Assembly (NCBI GenBank): GCA_002500925.1
Contig: DLTN01000123.1
Span: 5,291-69,290 of the forward strand
From: Gemmatimonadales bacterium UBA7835
GTDB taxonomy: Bacteria > Gemmatimonadota > Gemmatimonadetes > Longimicrobiales > Gaopeijiaceae
DNA: 64,000 nucleotides
Direction: 5' to 3'
In this document: positions 41,911 to 50,984 of the stretch, piece by piece
Layout: every line of letters begins with the position of its first letter
How positions within the stretch are numbered: position 1 is the stretch's first letter
Notes under the pieces: generated by a model
Database searches by the model: none
What the model was told of the DNA's origin: nothing
Seen by the model: only the letters and a program-made list of their open reading frames with translations
Position numbers and translations under genes: made by a program

Positions 41911-42084
41911 AATAGGCTTGTTCGCATTACTACCGGTAACACAATTTTGGAGTTTCCGCCCGCACACTCTCACAAAAACACGTATCTACTTCGCCCTTTC
42001 TTTCTCACCCTGTACATTCTCGCTCTGTAAGCGCCTCTGATTCTTACGGTCAAAGGTGTGTCGCTTTAACCCCGGCTCCATCGA

Positions 42085-42990
42085 ATGGCACAGGCCGACG
42101 CGAAAACAACGAATTCAATAAGATCTCGCCTACGCGCCTATTACGATCTAACGAAACCTGGGATCACAGGTTTCGTCATGGTAACCGCGGGAGTGAGCGC
42201 ATTTGTAGCGAGCCGCGGGCGACTAGAGCTCACCTTAGCCATGAACACAATAGCTGGCACAGGGATAGCCACAGCCGGCGCGCTGACGCTCAACCAGTTT
42301 GTCGAGCGCGAAGTCGACACCGTCATGCATCGCACCCAAGGACGTCCATTGCCCACTGGGCGTGTATCACCCATGGAAGCTCTCGGCTTCGGTTCCGCAC
42401 TGCTGATTGGGGGACTCATCTACATCGCGCTGGCGCTCGGGGTGTTGCCGGCAGCCATAACAGCAGCGAGCGGACTCATGTATCACGGCGTTTATACGCC
42501 TCTGAAGACCCGCTCTTACGTCGCGACCCTTGCTGGCGCCATCCCTGGGGCGCTCCCGATGCTCATCGGATGGAGCGCCGTAACAAGCTCGATAGACTCG
42601 GGTGCCTTAGCCCTCTTTGCCATAGGTTATTTTTGGCAGCTCCCCCACGTTCTGGGCTTAGCTTGGCTACTTAGAGAAGATTACGCTCGAGCTGGCTTCC
42701 AGCTTCTCCCGCCCGGGGGCGCCCGATCGATCGGTCTACAGATGGTGGCGTCTGTCGCAATCCTGATCCCTATCAGCTGGGCACCGACACTTCTCGGCTT
42801 CACGGCTCTACCCTACGCTGTCGGAGCTACAGTAATCGGAGGGGGCTTCCTGGTTACAGCCTTCAGGGCCCTTCGAGAAATGAGCGACAAAAACGCTCGG
42901 GGGGTCTTCTTTGCCTCACTCCTATACCACCCACTTCTGCTCTTACTCATGATATTTGACACGCTTCGACTACTCATGATCGAGCCCTAA
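42085..42990 (+). CDS. ctaB: Protoheme IX farnesyltransferase (heme O synthase)
   Basis: A polytopic UbiA-family protein with LNQFVEREVDTVMHRTQGRPLPTG and the YTPLK motif. Confidence 0.9.
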   Translation: MAQADAKTTNSIRSRLRAYYDLTKPGITGFVMVTAGVSAFVASRGRLELTLAMNTIAGTGIATAGALTLNQFVEREVDTVMHRTQGRPLPTGRVSPMEALGFGSALLIGGLIYIALALGVLPAAITAASGLMYHGVYTPLKTRSYVATLAGAIPGALPMLIGWSAVTSSIDSGALALFAIGYFWQLPHVLGLAWLLREDYARAGFQLLPPGGARSIGLQMVASVAILIPISWAPTLLGFTALPYAVGATVIGGGFLVTAFRALREMSDKNARGVFFASLLYHPLLLLLMIFDTLRLLMIEP

Positions 42991-42991
42991 A

Positions 42992-44173
42992 ATGAATCGC
43001 TACGTGCTCCGGAAGCCGATAAACATCGCCATCCTAATTGCCATCCTCGCTCCAAGTGTCGTTTGGGCTCAAGCCAATGAACGACTTAGAACACGAGAGC
43101 TAGGGATTCAAGTCGGAGTGTTCCCAACCGGCGTGCACAACGCAATCACGGATGTCAGCGGAGTTCAAGTCGGCCATTCTACTGTAGTTCAGGCTCCGAA
43201 CGTGCGGACAGGGGTGACCGCGATTCTGCCTCACGCGGAGAACGCATACATGAGCCGTGTGCCCGCGGCGCTCCACGTCGGTAACGGTTACGGAAAGCTC
43301 CTGGGGGTCACTCAGGTTCGCGAGCTAGGAGAACTGGAAACGCCAATACTACTTACGTGCACGCTCTGCGTCTGGAAAGCAGCTGATGCCATGGTGGAAT
43401 GGATGCTCGGACAAACCGGCATGGAGAACGTACGCTCACTAAACGCATTTGTCGGAGAGACCAACGACGGAAGGCTTAATGACATCCGTTCTAGACCGAT
43501 CGAACCCGAGCATGTCTTTGCCGCGCTGGAAAGTGCTTCAGGCGGTCCCGTGGCTGAGGGCGGAGTAGGTGCTGGAGCAGGAACTGTCGCATTCGGATGG
43601 AAAGGCGGAATCGGAACAAGTAGCCGAGTTCTGCCCTCGAGCTTAGGTGGATACACCGTCGGGGTTTTAGTCCAGTCAAACTTCGGTGGTATTCTCCAAA
43701 TCGGAGGAGCCCCAGTAGGGAGGGAGCTGGGACAGTACGCCTTCGCCAATCAGGTGGGGCACGACGACGAGTACGATCCAGACACAGATCTCCAAGAGTG
43801 GGGATCAATCATGATCGTGGTAGCCACTGACGCACCGCTATCGGACCGAAACCTTGAGCGTATTGCTCGACGAGCCATTATGGGCCTATCAAGGACTGGA
43901 TCATATGCCAGTAATGGCTCAGGTGATTACGTGATAGCCTTTTCGACCTCCGAACAGGTGCGAAGATCCACTGAGGACGGGATCCACCGATATAGCGATC
44001 TTTCGAACAGTAACGTTAGTGCTTTATTCGAGGCGACTTTGGAAGCTACAGAGGAAGCTATTTATAACTCCCTTTTCATGGCCGAGTCCGTGACAAGCAA
44101 CGGACGCACAATTCAGGCCCTTCCCATCGAACAAACAGTCGATATCCTCAGACGCTATCGGGTCATCCGTTGA
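42992..44173 (+). CDS. P1/DmpA-family aminopeptidase (peptidase S58)
   Basis: A signal peptide plus GETNDGRLNDI and GAGTVAFGWKGGIGTSS motifs. Confidence 0.82.
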   Translation: MNRYVLRKPINIAILIAILAPSVVWAQANERLRTRELGIQVGVFPTGVHNAITDVSGVQVGHSTVVQAPNVRTGVTAILPHAENAYMSRVPAALHVGNGYGKLLGVTQVRELGELETPILLTCTLCVWKAADAMVEWMLGQTGMENVRSLNAFVGETNDGRLNDIRSRPIEPEHVFAALESASGGPVAEGGVGAGAGTVAFGWKGGIGTSSRVLPSSLGGYTVGVLVQSNFGGILQIGGAPVGRELGQYAFANQVGHDDEYDPDTDLQEWGSIMIVVATDAPLSDRNLERIARRAIMGLSRTGSYASNGSGDYVIAFSTSEQVRRSTEDGIHRYSDLSNSNVSALFEATLEATEEAIYNSLFMAESVTSNGRTIQALPIEQTVDILRRYRVIR

Positions 44174-44183
44174 GGAGAGCTAA

Positions 44184-44867
44184 GTGAGCAACTCCGCAGC
44201 CCTGACCGAGTTCGATTGGGACGTTCGTACCCACATCTATAGGTCATTTGCCGAGTCCGGTCAGGCACCCACACTCGGAGATATAGCGGCAGCAGCCCGC
44301 AGCACCGAGAACCGAGTGCAGGTGTCACTTCAGAAACTCTTCGAAGCTCACGAGATAGCCCCTCTGCCTGATGGCAGAGGCATATGGATGGCTAACCCGT
44401 TTTCCGGCATACCCACTGATTATGTGGTCACAACACCAGAGGTGACTTGTTACGCTAATTGTGCCTGGGACGCACTCGGAGTACCGGCCATACTCGGCAC
44501 AGACGGCTGGACTCGCACAAAATGTGCCGAAAGCGGTACTGCACTCGAGTTCGGCATTCTAGACGGAATACTCGGTGGGGACGACGGGGTCATTCACCTT
44601 GTAACACCGTTGCGACGCGCTTGGGAAGACATCGGTTTCACCTGAGCCCACTACCTAGCCTTCCGGTCGGAAGGGCATTTGGATTCCTGGCTCAAGCGAA
44701 CCGGTCATACCGGCGGCGAGACCATATCTTTCTCACAAATGTGGGCACTAGTGCAGCCATGGTACGCTGGTCGTCTCGCGCGCGAGTGGCGAGGAAGAGC
44801 AGCCGTGGACGCCCAGATTATCCTTGAGACATTAGGACTTACAGGACCTTTCTGGGATCTGAGCTGA
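44184..44867 (+). CDS. Alkylmercury lyase (MerB) family protein with an in-frame TGA at codon 154 (candidate selenocysteine; alternatively a pseudogene or a sequencing error)
   Basis: ORFs 44184-44645 and 44679-44867 are in the same frame and are separated only by the TGA at 44643-44645. NCAWDALGVPAILG resembles MerB WCALDTLIFPALIG (Cys96/Asp99). GFT-[TGA]-AHYLAFRSEGHLDSW resembles MerB SFCCHVHFFASVPTAEDW. Confidence 0.72.
44659..44674 (+). other. SECIS-like hairpin downstream of the in-frame TGA
   Basis: CCTTCC-GGTC-GGAAGG is a 6 bp G/C-rich stem with a GGUC loop. The loop begins 19 nt after the TGA. Confidence 0.45.
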
Positions 44868-46095
44868 CAAGCACACCAGTACCGAGAAGGCGCCCAACCT
44901 CCTCTTCAGTATAACCCGCATCAAGAAGAACCGCACACGTGTGTTCACCCAGCATAGGAGCCGGAACTGATTGAACTTTTGGTATGGTCGAGGCAGTTGT
45001 CTCCTTCGTCGCCCCTGTGCCACGCCCCCACATCTTCACAGCGTTTCCGAGTGACCGAACCCGACCAGCAGTAGGATGCTCCGTTTCAACTACCATTGCT
45101 CGCGCAATCGTCTGAGGGTTCTCAAGCATCTCGCCGATAGAGGCTATTGGCCCAGCAGGCACGCCCTCACGAGCTAGCCGCTCAAGCCAAGTTTCGGTCG
45201 TTTCGGTCACCAGGTTCGAACCCAGTACCTCGGCTAGCTGATCTAGGTGTTTCATTCTACCAGCGTTGTCCTTGAAGCGCTGATCAGTAGTGAGACCTGG
45301 CATGCCAAGCGCACGCGTGAGCCCATGCCAGGTTGGGTCATTAGAAGCTCCTATGTTGATCCAACCGTCTGCTGTGCGGAACGCCTGATAGGGAGCCGCA
45401 AGTGGATGCGCCGACCCAAGTGGTCCAGGAGAGATCCCAGAGGCAAGTGCTATGGCGCTCTGCCAATAAGTCTGAGTTATACCTGCTTCGAACAGTGAAG
45501 TGTCTACTAATCGGCCTTCGCCAGTGCGCTCTCTTTCGAAGAGAGCTGATACAACTCCATAGGCAGCCAGTATTCCCGCAGTAACATCTGTTACCGGAGT
45601 CCCAACCTTCACCGGTTCACGGCGCTCAGCTTCACCGGTAACACTCATCAGTCCCGAATAACCCTGAGCTATCAGATCAAAACCGCCCTGTTGGGACATA
45701 GGCCCTGTCCGACCGAATCCAGTGATCTGGCAGTATACCAGTTTCGGATTCAACTCACTCAGTCCACTCCAGCCTAGGCCGATCTTTTCCATCGTCCCGA
45801 CTCGAAAATTCTCTATCACTACGTCAGCCTCTTGCAGGAGCCGACGCACAATCACCACACCTTCCTCCGATCGAAGATCGAGCGCTACACTTCGCTTTCC
45901 CCGATTGAGCATCATAAAGGCAGCTGACTCTCCCCCAATGTTCGGTGGGATAAAGCCCCTCGTCCCATCGCCTTGGGGGAGCCGTTCAACCTTGATGACA
46001 TCAGCACCCATGTCCGACAGCATGAGCCCGCAGACCGGTCCCGCCATGATGTGAGCCAACTCAATGACCCGAACGCCTGAAAGCGGCCCGGTCAC
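44839..46095 (-). CDS. Family III CoA-transferase (CaiB/BaiF-like)
   Basis: GVRVIELAHIMAGPVCGLMLSDMGADVIKVE is the class III CoA-transferase N-terminus. The 3' end overlaps the convergent MerB-like gene by 29 nt. Confidence 0.88.
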   Translation of the reverse strand: MTGPLSGVRVIELAHIMAGPVCGLMLSDMGADVIKVERLPQGDGTRGFIPPNIGGESAAFMMLNRGKRSVALDLRSEEGVVIVRRLLQEADVVIENFRVGTMEKIGLGWSGLSELNPKLVYCQITGFGRTGPMSQQGGFDLIAQGYSGLMSVTGEAERREPVKVGTPVTDVTAGILAAYGVVSALFERERTGEGRLVDTSLFEAGITQTYWQSAIALASGISPGPLGSAHPLAAPYQAFRTADGWINIGASNDPTWHGLTRALGMPGLTTDQRFKDNAGRMKHLDQLAEVLGSNLVTETTETWLERLAREGVPAGPIASIGEMLENPQTIARAMVVETEHPTAGRVRSLGNAVKMWGRGTGATKETTASTIPKVQSVPAPMLGEHTCAVLLDAGYTEEEVGRLLGTGVLVSSDPRKVL

Positions 46096-46126
46096 GTTGG
46101 GAGCCTCCCCTTAAGAGATGTCCATC

Positions 46127-46900
46127 TCATGAGCCTGTAAAATCCGGGTCCCGCTTCTCAACGAAGGCGGTTCGACCTTCGACGTAATCGTCCGTTTCAA
46201 AGGCGTCGTGCGCCTCCTCCCGCTCCTCCTCTGTGAGCATCCTCTGCTCCATCAGACGGTACACAAACTTCTTGTGCCATCGGTTGACTAGTGGAGCACC
46301 TTCTGAAATTCGTGACAGAAAACTGTATCCCTTTTCCAGGATATCCGCGTCTGGCCACACCCGATTTACCAACCCAACCGCTAACGCACGATCAGCATTA
46401 ATCAATTCCCCGGTCAGCAGGATCTCTAAAACAAAGTTAGGGCCTAAAATTTGAACTAAAGGCTCAATTTCATCATGAGACATAGTTAGTCCCAATCTGT
46501 TAATGGGAGCGCCGAATCGGCTTGATTCCGAGCAAACTCTAAGATCGCAGCAGGCCGCAATCTCGAGCCCTCCACCCACACACATCCCTTCAATGATTGC
46601 GACCGTAGGATGTCGGCAAGCGCGTATCGCCCTCATTCCCAGTGCGATCGCGTCTGAGTAATCACGAACATCGCGCGCGGATGAACGTTGCTCGGCGAAA
46701 GCACTTATGTCCGAACCCGCCGAGAACGCACGTCCGCCCGTCCCGCGAATCGCCAGTGCACGAATGTCGTCCCTCTCCGATAGAGTCCGCACAGCGGCGG
46801 CAAGCGCCAACCAGCCAGACATGTCCAGCACATTATGCTTTTTCGGATTATCCAGACGAACGGTCCCGATCCGACCTGTAACCTCAGCAACAACGCTCAT
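46127..46900 (-). CDS. Enoyl-CoA hydratase/isomerase family protein
   Basis: GRAFSAGSDI and CVGGGLEIAACCD motifs. The ATG at 46900 forms an ATGA overlap with the dctM stop. Confidence 0.82.
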   Translation of the reverse strand: MSVVAEVTGRIGTVRLDNPKKHNVLDMSGWLALAAAVRTLSERDDIRALAIRGTGGRAFSAGSDISAFAEQRSSARDVRDYSDAIALGMRAIRACRHPTVAIIEGMCVGGGLEIAACCDLRVCSESSRFGAPINRLGLTMSHDEIEPLVQILGPNFVLEILLTGELINADRALAVGLVNRVWPDADILEKGYSFLSRISEGAPLVNRWHKKFVYRLMEQRMLTEEEREEAHDAFETDDYVEGRTAFVEKRDPDFTGS

Positions 46901-48183
46901 CGGTAGAAAAGCTCCACCAGAGCCATTGGGACGATGGGCAGATATGTCACTAGCAATAGCATCGAAACCAAAACTCCGATAAACCAAAGGTTCACCTTAC
47001 TAACCTCCCAAACATCCGCTTTCGCAACGGAACACGCCGTAACCAGAACCGATGCGACCGGTGGCGTCTGCTGACCAATACCTAGGTTGAGCGTAACAAT
47101 CAGTCCGAAATGCACCGGATCGATACCTGCGGCCTGGACAAGTGGCATGACGATAGGGACGACAAGGATAATCGCGGCAGCAGAATGCAAAAAAAGGCCG
47201 ATGCCCAAGAAAAACACGTTAAGGAGTAGCAGAATCGCCCATCTGTCCTGGGTCATGCCCATAATCCCCTCCGCTACCTGCTGAGGAACTCGCACCTCGG
47301 TCAGGTAATCACCAAGAAGGGCCGAAGCCGCCACAAGAAGCATGACGACCGCCGTTTGCTGCCCCCCCTCAAGCATAGCCCTTTTCAGCAAAGCCAAATC
47401 CAGTTCACGATAGACTAGGCCCCCGATTAGTACCGACGCCACCACTGCGAGTCCGGCCCCTTCCGTCGCGGTTACCCAACCCGAGAAAATCCCCCCAAGA
47501 ATGATCAACGGGAGAGTGAGAGCCCAGCCAGCATCCCTGAAAGTTCGCCATACACGCCCTAGCTGAAACTCCTGCTCCCTTGGGAAGTCGTGTTTTCGAG
47601 CAAGGAAATAAGCAACTAGCATCATCAGGCCTCCACCAAGCACCCCCGGCACGATGCCTGCCACGAAGAGTTCGACGATCGAGGAGCCCGACATAACTCC
47701 GTATATGATCATTGGAATCGAAGGTGGGATGATCACTGCAAGCGTGGCAGAGGACGAAGTCACTGCTGCTGCGAACGCCTTCGAATACCCCTTCTCTCTC
47801 ATTGCTGGAATTAGAATCGACCCCAGAGCCGCTACATCTGCCACAGCGGACCCACTGATCTCAGCGAAAAAGAGAGATGCACTGATGGTAACCATCGACA
47901 GGCCGCCACGGATGAACCCAACCACAGCTGAAGCAAAAGCGATAAGCCGTCGACTAATCCCAGACGCATTCATGATCGCGCCCGCTAGGATGAACAGAGG
48001 GATCGCTATCAATGGAAAAGACGTCGCGCCATCAAACATCACCAGAGCGGTGTTGGGGAGTGAACCAGACCCGTCCGGCCCTGTAAGCATTGCGACTACC
48101 GCAGCTATCCCAAGCGCGATCGCGATCGGGATACCGGCGACGACAAGCGCCAGAAGAAGTAGACCAATGGCGAGCAGGCTCAC
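46897..48183 (-). CDS. dctM: TRAP transporter large permease
   Basis: A 428 aa polytopic protein in DctQ-DctM order with 4 nt overlaps. Confidence 0.88.
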   Translation of the reverse strand: MSLLAIGLLLLALVVAGIPIAIALGIAAVVAMLTGPDGSGSLPNTALVMFDGATSFPLIAIPLFILAGAIMNASGISRRLIAFASAVVGFIRGGLSMVTISASLFFAEISGSAVADVAALGSILIPAMREKGYSKAFAAAVTSSSATLAVIIPPSIPMIIYGVMSGSSIVELFVAGIVPGVLGGGLMMLVAYFLARKHDFPREQEFQLGRVWRTFRDAGWALTLPLIILGGIFSGWVTATEGAGLAVVASVLIGGLVYRELDLALLKRAMLEGGQQTAVVMLLVAASALLGDYLTEVRVPQQVAEGIMGMTQDRWAILLLLNVFFLGIGLFLHSAAAIILVVPIVMPLVQAAGIDPVHFGLIVTLNLGIGQQTPPVASVLVTACSVAKADVWEVSKVNLWFIGVLVSMLLLVTYLPIVPMALVELFYR

Positions 48184-48701
48184 CGGTCGACACCCTCTGG
48201 ATCGACGGCCACAAGCGTTCGTTCACCTGCAATAGTGTCTGTTCTCTTAACTGATCCCAATACGTCACCGATCGTCAGCAGCTGAGCCGCGATAAAGAGA
48301 ACCGCACCTATCGGAATAACCGACTGCGCCAAAGACATAGGCACTGAAGGAAGAGAGACTAGAGAGGTCCCTCCAAGGACCGTCAGCACCCTAACACCAG
48401 CCCACGTCAGCACTGCGAAGAAGGAAATGGTACAAACCTCCCCGAACAGAACGAGAGCAGTGCGAGAAGTTCCTCGTAACCGATCAAGCAGCGTAGGCAT
48501 ACCTATGTGTGCTCGATTGAGCGCTGCTAACGCGGCACCGTAATAGGTCAGCCAAGCAAGAAGAATTGACGCAACCTCGTCGTACCAGATCAACGAGGCG
48601 CCTGACTTACGAAATATGACGCCCACCACAACCACTACGGCCAAAACTGCCATCAGGACGAGGACAATGACCTCTAATAGCTTTCTGAGGCTTTGCCTCA
48701 A
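48180..48701 (-). CDS. dctQ: TRAP transporter small permease
   Basis: A 173 aa protein with 4 TM segments, sitting between the dctP-like and dctM-like genes. Confidence 0.8.
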   Translation of the reverse strand: MRQSLRKLLEVIVLVLMAVLAVVVVVGVIFRKSGASLIWYDEVASILLAWLTYYGAALAALNRAHIGMPTLLDRLRGTSRTALVLFGEVCTISFFAVLTWAGVRVLTVLGGTSLVSLPSVPMSLAQSVIPIGAVLFIAAQLLTIGDVLGSVKRTDTIAGERTLVAVDPEGVDR

Positions 48702-48712
48702 CGATTTAAGAG

Positions 48713-49720
48713 TCAGTTCGACCCCGCAGCGGCGGCCCGCTCAAGCAATGACTCACCTGAATCAACGGTCAAACCGAACTCCGTATACAGTTCAGCACTG
48801 GCATCCAGGAATGGCTTTCGATCCGGCTGGTTCACAAGAACTCCTGCCTCACGGATCTGGCCTACTAGCTCCGAGTCAAGTCGCTTAGCAGTCTCATGAA
48901 CATAAACCTGAGTTGCTCGAGCCTCATCTTGCAGAATCAACTGAATCTCGAGGGGAAGAGAGTCCCAGCGAGACGGAGAGGCCACTAGATACGCGGGCGT
49001 GTAAACATGGCCTGTCAGCGAGAGGTAATCCTGCACTTCATAAAATTTCGACCCCCAGATCTGGGCTAAGGGGTTCTCCTGTCCGTCAATCACACCAGTC
49101 TGCAAGCCAATAAAAACCTCTGACAATGCCATTGGCGTCGGATTAGCCCCGAGTGCCTGGAAAAGCTTGAGCCGCCAGACCCCACTCGGCGTCCGAAGCT
49201 TGATACCTTCTAGGTCATCCGGCGTTTCGACTGGCTTCGAGCTATTGGTAACGTGCCGAAACCCATTCTCCCAAACAGCAAGAACCTGGTAGCCCGCAGC
49301 CTCCGCCAAGGGAGCGAGATCCGTCCATACAACCTCTTTTTCAATCGACTGCATGTGCATCCGATCACGAACTAGATAGGGCATCTCGAATAGGCCGAAG
49401 GCATCCACCTGTGAAGACATAATCGTGGACGGCAACGCGAAATCGACCGTGCCAAGTTTAATTTTCTGCAGAAGCAACTCGTCTCCACCGAGTTGGCTAG
49501 AGCCATAAGTCACTATCTCCCAGCCCTCTGGGAGCCGTTCGTTGGCACGTTTCGCAAACTCGTCAGCGGAGAGTGCGAACAAAGATCCTGGCTCCCCTAC
49601 ATGACCGAACTTCAGTTCTCGTGGTGACGAGGCATCTGAGGAACAACCTGACAAAAAGGCCGCACACACAGCCAAGGAAAACCACTGCAGGCCCGAGTGG
49701 AAACCGACTCCATTAATCAT
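48713..49720 (-). CDS. dctP: TRAP transporter substrate-binding protein
   Basis: Lipoprotein-like signal peptide (FLSGCS). LKFGHVGEPGSLFALSADEFAKRANE is DctP-family-like. Confidence 0.85.
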   Translation of the reverse strand: MINGVGFHSGLQWFSLAVCAAFLSGCSSDASSPRELKFGHVGEPGSLFALSADEFAKRANERLPEGWEIVTYGSSQLGGDELLLQKIKLGTVDFALPSTIMSSQVDAFGLFEMPYLVRDRMHMQSIEKEVVWTDLAPLAEAAGYQVLAVWENGFRHVTNSSKPVETPDDLEGIKLRTPSGVWRLKLFQALGANPTPMALSEVFIGLQTGVIDGQENPLAQIWGSKFYEVQDYLSLTGHVYTPAYLVASPSRWDSLPLEIQLILQDEARATQVYVHETAKRLDSELVGQIREAGVLVNQPDRKPFLDASAELYTEFGLTVDSGESLLERAAAAGSN

Positions 49721-50886
49721 AGCACAGTGTCCTTGATCAGTGCCTCCATCGCAGCAGCCACCCCTCCGGCTCTGCTTATAACTCCAGCAAGCTGGAGGCC
49801 CATCTCCACACCCGCTAGCGTTCCTATTAGCTGCAACGGACCTAGGTCTCCGATGTGACCCACCCTGAAGACCTGACCTCGAAACGGGTCAAGTCCGGTT
49901 CCCAGTGACATGTCGAAACGATCTAGGATCAATGCACGAACCGCATCGGCATCATGCCCCTCGGGCACCAGGATGGCGGTAGCCGCCTGGCTCGCCTCCG
50001 ACTCGTTTTGTGAGATGACATCAAGCCCCCATCCCTTAACTGCTGCTCGCGTCACGCGTCCGAACAATGCATGGCGCGCGAAAACATTCTCAAGACCTTC
50101 TTCTGCGAGCATAGCGAGAGCTTCTTCCAGGCCGAACATAAGGTTGGTAGCTGGAGTGTAGGGAAAGAAACCTCGTTCATTGAAACGCTTCTGATCACCC
50201 CAATCCCAATAAGACCTGGGCAGCTTCGCACCCTCATGTGCCTTCATGGCACGTGGACCGACCGCGAGGACAGCAAGGCCGGGCGGCAACATCATACCCT
50301 TCTGTGACCCACTGACGGTCACATCGATGCTCCAAGCGTCATGCTGTAGGTCCGTAACAGCCAATGATGAAACTGCGTCTACAAAGAGCATCGCTGGATG
50401 GCCTGAGTCACACATTGCTCTTCCGATCGACTCAATATCAGTCGTGACACCGGTCGAAGTCTCGTTATGCACGATGCAGACCGCCTTTATCGCAGCGTCT
50501 TCCTCCAACTGCCGAATAACCTCTTCGGGTCTCACACCTATGCGTGGGTTCCACTCGACCTGCACTACATCAATTCCGAACCGACTTGCTACTTTCGCCC
50601 AAGTCTGCGCAAAGAAGCCCTGCTCGAACAAGAGAACCCGGTCACCCGGTGAAAGCGTATTAGTAATAGCAGCTTCCCATGCACCGCTGCCGGAGGCAGG
50701 GTACATAAAGACGTCATGCTCGGTCTTGAAGAGACAACGGAGCCCCTCCAAAAGGCGAGCCGTAAGATCGGCGAATTCAGGGCCGCGATGATCTATCGTT
50801 GCCTTTGCCATGGCCTGAAGCACACGAGCAGGCGTGTTAGTCGGGCCAGGAAGCTGCAGGAAATGGCGTCCACTTTGATATGTCAA
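49717..50886 (-). CDS. Class V aminotransferase (serine-pyruvate/alanine-glyoxylate type)
   Basis: RHFLQLPGPTNTPARVLQAM N-terminus and SGSQKGMMLPPG PLP-lysine motif. The start is uncertain. The TTG at 50886 gives about 390 aa, whereas the ATG at 51018 would run into the divergent gene. Confidence 0.82.
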   Translation of the reverse strand: MTYQSGRHFLQLPGPTNTPARVLQAMAKATIDHRGPEFADLTARLLEGLRCLFKTEHDVFMYPASGSGAWEAAITNTLSPGDRVLLFEQGFFAQTWAKVASRFGIDVVQVEWNPRIGVRPEEVIRQLEEDAAIKAVCIVHNETSTGVTTDIESIGRAMCDSGHPAMLFVDAVSSLAVTDLQHDAWSIDVTVSGSQKGMMLPPGLAVLAVGPRAMKAHEGAKLPRSYWDWGDQKRFNERGFFPYTPATNLMFGLEEALAMLAEEGLENVFARHALFGRVTRAAVKGWGLDVISQNESEASQAATAILVPEGHDADAVRALILDRFDMSLGTGLDPFRGQVFRVGHIGDLGPLQLIGTLAGVEMGLQLAGVISRAGGVAAAMEALIKDTVL

Positions 50887-50984
50887 GGCGCACTCACTTA
50901 GATGCGACAGAGAAAGACGATCGGTACGTTGACAACGTCCAAGAACGGGCCAACATAGGGTCCGGTAACCGATCACACGAACAG

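Noticed and set aside
44643-44645. Global TGA reassignment (genetic code 4 or 25) as the explanation for the in-frame TGA
   Set aside because: TGA ends well-defined genes in this window, including ssb and the MerB-like gene itself. Only this one gene is interrupted.
44459-44827. A 122 aa alternative-frame ORF across the MerB-like junction
   Set aside because: It is Arg/Ser-rich and low-complexity, with no homology pattern. The MerB frame explains the region.
47654-48235. A 193 aa plus-strand ORF
   Set aside because: It is antisense to dctM/dctQ and has no motif support.
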